A DNA stretch of 61,484 bases, counting the filler, from Jimgerdemannia flammicorona (taxonomy: Eukaryota): assembly GCA_003990765.1 (NCBI GenBank). It is 2 parts of 2 records of this genome, joined end to end, with 100 filler letters (N's around TTAATTAATTAA, not from the genome) between each part and the next. Parts side by side here need not be neighbours in the genome. Positions count along the whole stretch, not along the records: positions 30,812 to 61,484 come from RBNJ01000431.1; 1 more part is not named here. One strand, 5' to 3'. Shown here in pieces: positions 52,301-61,484 of the stretch; position 1 is the stretch's first letter, and each line of letters begins with the position of its first letter. Below the pieces are notes generated by a model that saw only the letters and a program-made list of their open reading frames with translations, made no database searches and was not told the DNA's origin. A program made the position numbers and the translations under genes.

Positions 52301-55043
52301 TTGGAGCCTTTGCGGATGACATGGTGGTTGGTTTGGGAGTGATTGATGATATCAAGGAGCTCAAGAAGACAGTGGAGTGGTATGAGGAGAACTCTGGGGC
52401 AATGCTGAATTGGTACAAGTGTGAAACAATGGTGCTGGACAATGGTCTGGTGGGAGGAGAGGTTATTGGAACAATTGTCCCCACTGGCGAGGCGGTGCAG
52501 TACTTGGGCATCTATCTGTCGGTTTATGGGTCTGTTCTGCCCAGGCTATGGTGGGAGCAGAGGGTTGGAATTTGGGAGGAGGACCTGTGGGGTTGGGGGG
52601 GAAGACACTTCTCTCTGGCAGGAAGGATCTCAATTTTGAATGTATACTAGCTGCCAAAGCTGTGGTATTTGGCTTATCATCTGGACTTCCCAGCCTGGGT
52701 GGTGAAGAGATTGGTGAAGGTGGCCAAGGGATGGATTTGGGCTAGCAGACAGAGTCAGATTGGTTGAGAGACTTTGTCTCTACCAGTGGCGAGAGGTGGT
52801 CTTGGGCTGGTGGACTTCCCCAAATGACTACACTGCTTGAGGGCATGGTGGCTTAAGAGGGCAGTGGAGTTGCGTGGAGGGGATTGGGTTCCCCTGCTGC
52901 AGAAGGTCTGGGAGAGGCAGTTATCACCAAGAGGCTTGACTGGTGATCTTCTTTCATTAGTTGGACATCAGAACACTGCACAACTGTGATATAAAGGTTT
53001 CTGGTGGGGGATAGCAGAGGGGGCACACTGTATTGGTATTTGCTGGCAAGGGAATGAGGGAGAGAGGGCTTGGGGCCTGGTGATGTGGAGATGGGATAGC
53101 ATCCTACTGGGCAGAGTACCTTTACCTGAGTTCGACATTGGTGAGGGAGTAGAATGCCAAAGGGGGCCAGGCCAGGATCTGTGGTCTAGTGGTTGGCAAG
53201 GAGTGGGAATTGGAGAGGAGTGGGACTAGTATGGGGTTTGGACCTGGAGCACCGCAGTGAAAAAGTGGATGCCGCTGAAGTACTGGGTGGTCTAGTGGTG
53301 CGTGCTGAGGAGAAATGTGATGCTTAACTTCCACTCAGGACACCTTGTCATAGGGGACTGCTTTGACTGCGAGGAGTGCCATAATGTAGGGTAGGAAGGA
53401 GAATTTGTATAGATGCCAGAACATTGGCTAGGGGAGTATGAGGTGTTGGGAGACTTTTGGCAGGCCATTGGGGACTGCTTGGGGGTGAGGCATAGGGGTG
53501 ATGTTGTATGGGAGAGGTGGGAGGACCTGAGGGATTGACTGATAGGTGGAGTAGGGGTGGAGTGGATTACTTTAGGCTGGGCATTGGCTATTTGGGTTGG
53601 GCTGGCCAGTCACTGGCTATTTGTATTTGAGGAGGAGAGGCGACAGAGCTTGGGGAGCTGGTTATCATGGTGGCAGTGCCTTATGGAGGACACCTTGACA
53701 GGCTGGTGGCTTGGTTGGGGGCTGCAGGGGGGTCGGAGGCACCACTTGGTGGTGAAAATATGTGGTCAGAGTGGTGGGAGAGTTGGAGTCATTGGTGAGA
53801 GGGTGGTCTTTATATGGAAAGAGGTGAGGAGGGGCCCCCCTATGGGGATCGGATAGTGGGTGGTGATATTGTATACTTATTCATAAACTGGTAATAAAGA
53901 TGGAGTCCAAGTGACTATAAAAAAAAAAAAAAAAAAAAAAAAGAAGATGGACTTGAAGAAGATTCTTGCAATCTCAAGTACAGTAGCATTGGTAGTAGTT
54001 GGTTCAGCAACTATAGTCTTGATCAGGTGATTAATAAATATGACAATAGCATCAGTACCAGATTGAGTTCATGGTAGTTGAGTTACAAAGTCATGGTGAC
54101 TTGCTCAAAATTCTTAGTAGAAATTAGCAGTAGTTGTAGTAAACTGGTAGGTACTTGGTTGGTAGACTTATTGTACTGATATAGATCACAGCTGGCAATA
54201 TAGTTCTTGATTTCCTTGACCATATTTGGCCAATAGTAGCAGTGTTGGATGTTCTTAAAAGTCTTCTCAATTCCCAGATGACCAGTGAGAGAGGAATCAT
54301 AATGTTCTTGCAAAATCTTGTAGCATAGGTTTATGTTTTTAGATAGGTAGACTTGGTCTTGATGATAGATCAGGTTGTTCTCAACAGTATATATATCCTT
54401 GAGTTTGTTCAAGAAAACTCTAGTGGCAACTGTGTCTTCTTTATAAGCTTGCCTAATTTGGTCTAGGAATTCTGATATCAAGGTGGCTTGTATGATTGTG
54501 GCGAGATCTGGGTATCTTGATAAGGCATCTGATACTACAAGTATCTTGCCAGGCTTATAGATGATCATTGGGTTGAAGGTTTGAAGCTTGAGGCTCCACT
54601 TGGCTTGTAGATGTGACAGAGTAGGTTGGGTGTTAATGTACTTGAGAGATTGATGATCAGTAATGACATTAAACTCAACACCTTCTAGATAGCATTATTA
54701 GTGATCTAGTGCATGTATTATTGCTAGTAGTTCCTTCTCATGAGTAGCTAGCTTTTATTCAGCTAAGGCTAGCTTGTGGGACTCAAAAGCAATAGAGTAA
54801 TATTCTTTGTCATCATCTTGTGACAGAACTGCTCCAATGGCAAAATTTGATGCATTAGTAGTAACTATGAATTTTAGGCCTTGATCTGCATTATGTAGGA
54901 CTGAAGTATGGGTCAGGCAGTTTTGAGTTCTTGAAAGGCTTGTTGACAGAAGAGGTCCCAGGTGTAGGATATATAGTGATCTGAGTGTAGGGCCTTCCTT
55001 ATGAGGTTAGTCAGTAGCTTGGCAATACCAGAGAAGTTTCTGA
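46352..55043 (-). mobile_element. Family C chromovirus (3' LTR 46352-46816, chromodomain, integrase split by a LINE, RNase H, end of RT)
   Basis: VHLVFHVSHLK, YKAEKILD...EYLVK.MGY chromodomain, GHLGIEKT...YYWP, IYKPGK...DALSR. Confidence 0.92.
48058..53941 (+). mobile_element. L1/Tx1-like LINE copy 2, full length (ORF1 48145-50145, ORF2 50200-53856)
   Basis: 16-bp TSD AGAAGAT(A/G)GACTTGAA at 48042-48057 and 53942-53957; AATAAA and poly(A); APE and RT motifs. Confidence 0.95.
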
Positions 55044-58000
55044 CCGAGCTTTCACCAGTAACATTCGGGTGACACAAGACTCAGACAATACTTTTTACAA
55101 TGTTTTTGGTGTCCGACAACTAACAACATAGACGGCAATGATTGAACTAGTGAGCGTACTGGCCAGGGAGGTGACGGCGCCTTTGGCTGGCAGCAGGTGG
55201 GGAGGAGGAGAGATGGTCTGGGGATGCCAGGGGCCTTGATGGCTGACCGAGGCCCTGGTGGTAGAGGGAGAGGCAGTCTGAGGCAGAGAGGAGGGGAGAG
55301 GTCGACCTTTGCTGACAAGGTCAGAATGGGGAAGATGGCTTCTGGGCTGGATGGTTGGCTGGGCCTGGGGAAGGCACCGATGGCTACTGCTGGGGGTCAG
55401 GAAGGTGCACCCCAGGGTGCTTCTGGTGGTAGGGAAGGGGCCAGAGTAGGGGCTGGAGATGTGACTGCTGATGGGGCTGTGACTGGGGATCTGGCAAAAA
55501 ATCCAGATATGACGGCAGTTGGCAATTCTGGACTTGGAGTGGGCACGAGACCCGGGGACCTGGCTGATGGGGTGATGGGCATGGTGTCGGCCCCATTACT
55601 CAAGAAATCGAGGTCAGAATTTGTGGTCATAATGTGCTTCCGGGGCTTGGCAGTGACGGCAAGGATGATTTTGGAGCTGGTAGTGCAGGAGGCTAAAGGA
55701 GCAGCGTTGGTGAAGTTCTTGAGAGGAAAAGAAGAGGTTGAGGTGGGGTTTGAGGAGGAAGATGTATTGTTGGTAGCCATAGAGAAGGGGGTGATGGTTG
55801 GCAGAGTTGTGGTCCCTATGGCCTGGTGCATGTACTGGGACCCTCAAGTGGTGCAGTTGACGGTGTTGGACCTCCCAACTGTATCAAAGGAAAGGACCAG
55901 GGAGTTGGTTGTGGAGGCGGTCAAGGAGTATAGCGAGATTGTGGATATTGGGTTCAAGGTCTGGGAGGGAATGGAGCTTAGAACTGGCGATGTCGATGTC
56001 ACGGTGAGGCTGGCTGGAAAGGAGAATACAGGGAAGTCGAGGGACTGGCCAGCGGCACTGTGGTGGGGACCGGTGGAGTGTAAGGTCACCAGGGTAAAGG
56101 GGACTCCAGAGGAGGAGGAGGATCTGTTGGAGGCTCTGGAGGACCTGGAAGGGGTAGTGGCGAAGAGGAGATTAGCCTGAAAGGAGTTTGAGGCTAGGAC
56201 AGTGGTGGGGGAGGTGGATTGGAAGAGGATCCAGATGGAGAAAGGGGCCTGGGAAAAGATGCAGGGGAGGAGGATCCAGAAGGAGCTGTTGGTGAAGTTG
56301 GGTGTGGGTGGGGCTGGTGGAAGCTCAGGAGAGGGAGTTGCAGGGTCGTGGGAGAGCACCTGGGCTGAGGGGAGAGAGATGGCCCAGAGCAAGGTTCAGA
56401 TTAAAGGTGGGGAGGGGAGGGAGGGCATTTTGGAGGCAGATGCCGAAATGGGTGAGAGTGCGCACCCTCAGTATAGTGTTCTGGATGGGGCGGAGGGGGA
56501 GGAGGAGTTGATGGATGTGCCAGATGAGGAGTGGGATGAGTTAGTGAGGAGGAGTGTGCTGGTGGACCCCGAGGTGGATGGAGGACAAATCACTCAGAGG
56601 GTGGTGGAGGCAGTTGATGAGGAGAAGTGGATGTGGAAGACCTTGGAAGGGGTGGTGGCTGAAGAGCTGGGGGGTGAGGACTTCAGGGTGTTGGAGGAGA
56701 AGCATTGGGAGGAGATCCTACGGGGGGAGGAGGTGCCGAGAAAGATGAGGAATGAGATTCTGGTGGTCCTCCTGGAGTCGGTTGAATATCAGGTTGATGA
56801 TCAGCGAGAGAAGGAACTTAGGAGGATTGTGAGTGACAGAGTACTTTTCTTGTGGAATTCGAGGAAGAGACTGGAGAAGTGGCATGCTGTCTGCTTGGAC
56901 TATAGAGCTGATATAGAGGAAGTGGACAGAGTGGAATGTCAGGAAATCTTGGGGGCACTGGATGCTCAGGATAATGCAGAGGGTAAATTGGAAGCTGAGT
57001 GGCACTTGGATCTAGTGGGAGATGAGATGAGCATGGAATTATAGGGTGGGGTCTCTATTGCAACATTTCTTCAATATGAACAGTACAACTAGGATTTTCT
57101 CATTAAATGTTAATGGGCTATGGGGGTTGGCTAGGAGGAAGTTTATATTTGGTTGGCTTAGGGGACTGGATGCAGACCTCTTCTTACTGCAGGATGTTTG
57201 TTATGAGGCAGAAGTGGACTTACAGGATTGGACTAAGGAATGGGGGGGTGCAGCAGTTTGGAGGGGGAAAGTGTGTATTCTCGTTCGGAAAGGGATGGGG
57301 GACATTGGGAACATTGGACATTGGGGGTCTCAGGTGGTGTGGAGAGTGTGGAAGAGACCTGAATGGGGCCTGCTGACAGTTGGGTCCTGTTACTGCCCAG
57401 CTGAGAGAGGGGAGAGGGTGGAATGGATCCATGGATTGAAAGAGGCTGGTGTGGTGGGAGAAGTTGGGTTAGACTGTATGGGGGGTGACTTCAACATGGT
57501 ACGGGATAAGGAGTTGGACAGAACTGATGGAGGGAGAGGTGTGCGGGGTGAAAGTGGTGGGTTGGGCGACTGGTTGGAGATAGAGAGGTTGTGTTCTCTA
57601 GTAGACTCAGGAAGACATTTTTGGGCTAATCAGCGGGTGTACACCCACTGGGTGGCAGGACTGGGCTCCAGGATTGACTGGGTTCTAACGGCAGAGTGTT
57701 GGGGAACTGATGTCTGGTTGGTGCTGGAAGTTGTATGGTATCCATGGTCTGATCACTGGGGGCTGCTTGGAGGGGGGAGGTTTGGGGGAAATGCAGATGG
57801 TCCGGGACATTGGCAACTAAATTCTTCCTTATTGGAGGATAGGGTGTTGTGGGAGGGATGGGAATCAGAGGTGGTTGGAAATATCGGCAGGTGGCGGGAA
57901 CAAGGACTGGCGATTGGGGACCACTGGAGAAGGCTGAAGGTGAAGGCACAGGAGTATTGGAGAGAAGCAGGGAAAGGGAAGTGTGCCCAGCGAAGGCGGT

Positions 58001-60831
58001 GGGTGCTGTGGGCCTCACGGCGTCTGGCAGCACTCATGGAGAGATGGGCAGGTGTGTTGGAGGATGGGGCCATGACTGATTGGTATATTGCAAGGATCTG
58101 GCAGGAGGTGGAGGAGCTCAAAGGGGTGTTATGCAGGGAGGAGGAGGAGCAGTTGCAGGGAATGGTGGCCCACCTGTGGTGGCAGGGGCTTGAGGAGGGG
58201 GAGAGGCCTACCAGATTCTTGTCATGGTTGTTACAAGCATGACGAATGAGGCAATGGTGGGAGGGTATTCTGGATGAGAATGGCGAGCTGGTGGTGGAGA
58301 CTCCGGCGATTCTGGGCCTACTGCAAACCTGGTGGGGGAATCTTTGGAGTGAGGAGGATGGGGGATTGGATGCCCTGGACATTGAAAGACAGCTGGGGGA
58401 TTGGTACCCAGACCCTGCAGTTGGACTTGGGGCATTGGGGGACCTGGTGAGTGGTGAGGAGATTTGCAGGGTTGTGGCCTCAATGAGTAAGGAGACAGCT
58501 CCAGGAGAGGATGGACTTCCCTGGGATTTTTGGCAGAAGATGACTGGGGTGGGGGAGGTGCTAGAGGAAATGACTGCTATGTGTGATGGAGTTCTTTGGT
58601 CTGGTGCCTGGATTGGGGGACAGCGCTTAGGGCTGGTCTCTTTGCTCTTTAAGGATAAGAGTAGGCAAGAGGACTGGAAGAACTGGCGGCCAATTATGCT
58701 TCTTGACATGGACCGCAAATTGGTAATGAAAATCTTGGTGATGAGGTTGCAAGGCATCACTCAGCAGGTTCTTGGTGTGGAGCAACATGGGTTTGTCGGT
58801 GGTCAGTTGATTCGAGATGGGACAGCCTGGGTTCATGGAGTGATTGAAGGTGCCCGGGCTATAGGGGTGGATGGCAGATTGGTGTTTCTGGACCAGGAGA
58901 AGGCTTATGATAGAGTGCAGAGGATATGGCTGGAAGGAGTGCTGCAGTGGATTGGTATCCCGCCAGGGGTCCAAAGTTCATTAATCAGCCTTCTGGAGGA
59001 CAGTCAAGCGGCGTTGGTCATCAATGGCCACAGGGGGGTGACTTTTCCCCTGGGATATGAGGTACCACAAGGGGACCCCTTGTCACCCATATTGTATGCT
59101 CTTTCCCTGGAGCCACTACTGGATAGGATTCGGTATAAGATTGGAGGCTTAGACATTTTAGGGGTGAACTGGAAGGTGGGGGCCTTTGCTGATGATATGG
59201 TGGTCGGGCTGGGCTCCTTGGGAGATGTGGAAGAGTTACAGAGGACTGTGGAATGGTATGAGCAGGGTTCTGGTGCTAAACTTAACTGGCACAAATGTGA
59301 GATGCTGGTGCTGGGCACTGGAATTGTTGGTGGCGATGTTATTGGGATGGTGGTGCCGGCGGGTGAACCAGTGCGCTACTTGGGGATCTACTTCTCAGTG
59401 TTCAGATCTCTTCTTTCCCGGGCATGGTGGGACTGTAAACTTCTGGAGTGGGGTAATGTTTTGCTGCGATGGGGAGGCTGGCATATGTCCCTTGCTGGAA
59501 GGGTGATGGTGTTGAATGTGTACTGGATGCCGAAGCTGTGATATGTTGGATATCATTTGGATTTCCCCACCTGGGTGGTTAAGGAGTTGTCGAAGATGGC
59601 GAGGTCATGGATCTGGGGAGGACGGCGAAACCAGGTTGGTTGGGAGGTGCTCACACTATCCTTGGAAAGAGGTGGGCTAGGCCTAGTGGACTTTACTAAG
59701 CAGCTTCTATGTCTGAGAGCCTGGTGGCTGCATAGGGTGAGTGAGCTCAGGGGGCAGGAGTGGGTGCCACTCATGCAGAGGTTGTGGGAGGTTCGGTACT
59801 CCCCACATGGTAGCTCTGGGGATCTGCTTGCAATGGTGGCCATGAAAGAGAGCTGGAAGATGTGATTTACAGGCTTTTGGTGGGGAGTGGTAGATGGTAC
59901 TAAGAAGATTGGACTTCGGTGGTAAGGTGAAGAAGCTGAGGAGGTTTGGGGACCGCGGATGTGGCAGTGGGACAGGCTTCTATTGGGTGGTGTCCTGGTG
60001 GAGGACTTTCAGCTTGGCGAGGGCCTGGAGTATTTGCAAGGCCTAGGTGGGGACCTGTGGCCAGAAGCCTGGCAGAGGGTTGGAATTGGAGAGGAGTGGG
60101 ATTGGAATGGACTCTGGCTTTGGAGCAAATGGGTGTGGCAGTGGCTGCCCCCCAAGTTCTGGGTGGTGTGGTGGTGGGTCCTACGGCAGAATGTGATGTT
60201 GAACTATCGGTCTGGACACTTGGTGGATGGTGGGGTATTTGAGTGCGAGGATTGTTTTAATGTGGGTCAGGAGGGAGGAGTGATACAAACGCCTGAACAT
60301 TGGCTTGGAGAATGTGAGGTTTTGGGGGAGTTTTGGAGAGGTGTTGGGGACAGAGTAGGGCTGAGTGCCATGGAGGGAGAGGTAGGGGGGAGATGGGGAG
60401 AGCTCTGCCAGCGACTGGTGGGTGGAGTTGGGGATGAATGGCTGATCCTTAGTTGGGCTTTGGCTATGTGGGTTGGGTTGGCTGGTCATTGGGTTTATGT
60501 ATTTGAGGAAGGGTGCTGGGTCAGGGTTGGTGATAAGATGGCCTGGTGGGAATGGATGATATTGGATATTTTGAATAGCTGGTGGTGGGGTTGGGGGATG
60601 GGTGGGGGGTATCGCAGGGGTCTGGTGCAACATATCGCCCAGAAGAGTGATGGGAGAGTTCAGGTAGTGGGTGATTGGGTGGTGCTTGGGCAGAGAGAGG
60701 TTGAGAGGGGGGGTTTAGGCCCCCGGGGCATTGGTTGAGGGTAGGGGTGGCATTGTATTGTTTACATTATAGACTTTGGTAATAAAGAGCAGTCCAAGAG
60801 ACTATAAAAAAAAAAAAAAAAAAAAAAAAAA
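55044..60831 (+). mobile_element. L1/Tx1-like LINE copy 3 (ORF1 ~55128-57044, ORF2 57076-60738)
   Basis: APE and RT motifs, CEDC...EHWLGEC, AATAAA and poly(A); no TSD. Confidence 0.93.
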
Positions 60832-60859
60832 TATACTGTACAGCAAATTTGTCTCATTG

Positions 60860-61484
60860 TTGTGGGGATGATCGGACTGATACAACCAGTTTGTATAGCT
60901 TGGAAATTATACTCAGGGCCCCTCCTCTCTTGGATATTTTGTCTACATGTATAAGATAGTCCTGAATAGCAAGGTTCAGTATGTGGGCCTGGCATCATAT
61001 ATGGCAGCTTTCTGTACTGAAGGCCACATTTTCCTGTTTGAGGCTGGCCACTAAAACTTTGAAAAATGTTGAGTTGTTTGTGGTATTATCTATCATAATG
61101 GCCAAAATCTATACTTGAAATATTCGGTTGGCAAATTTTTGTAAAAAAAAATAACCAATAAAAGGTTTGTTTTAGAACCTCCCTCAAAATGCCAACCTGA
61201 TGGCAAGCCCCCCTTTTTTACCTTGGTTGGGATCCCAAGCTCCCGGATACAACTAATAAAAGTATCTATGATGTTGTCTCCAGAATGAGGGCCAGCAAGT
61301 TTGACAAAGTCAAGGGTGAGAGATTTAAGCTGCCAATCGAGGTCAATCCAATGACTGGTAATGCCCAGAAATGAAATTGCATTGGGGGATGTCTATGTAT
61401 TGATCATAAATGAAATTTTGTCTGCCAAATTCTGCTTATTGAATGTGAGGTTAAATTGGTGAGCTCTTTTATATAATTCAGCTT
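60860..61484 (-). pseudogene. hAT transposase fragment with intron 61109-61221
   Basis: ISF..NT*TSPNAISFLGITSHWID...GPHSGDNI...TK|ILAIMIDN...CQAHILNL (CxxH motif). Confidence 0.88.

Noticed and set aside
25241..60633. Many Ser/Pro/Thr-rich minus-strand ORFs over the LINEs, and antisense ORFs over gypsy pol
   Set aside because: Shadow frames caused by strand compositional skew.

Overview
Eukaryotic, almost certainly fungal, transposon-rich DNA. Short GT-AG introns and the gene family seen suggest an early-diverging Mucoromycota-type fungus (inference). Most of the window is nested, transition-riddled and CpG-depleted TEs. (A) A minus-strand Ty3/gypsy tandem with three LTRs (4272-21626), carrying dUTPase and a ~270-codon ORF inside its LTR. 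(B) A plus-strand dUTPase Ty3/gypsy element (34570-44922) with Cys/His modules and an extra ORF coupled to the integrase stop. (C) Chromovirus fragments. Also present: three near-full-length L1/Tx1-like LINEs and two truncated ones, two hAT MITEs, a 642-bp palindrome, and hAT and MULE transposase remnants. Two CpG-retaining islands stand out. 250-2950 holds a complete type III hammerhead ribozyme (781-840) downstream of a TATA box, plus a 15-bp minisatellite. 30838-32800 holds an intron-containing membrane-protein gene or pseudogene. An artificial N-gap linker lies at 30712-30811. All calls are by eye; no searches were run.
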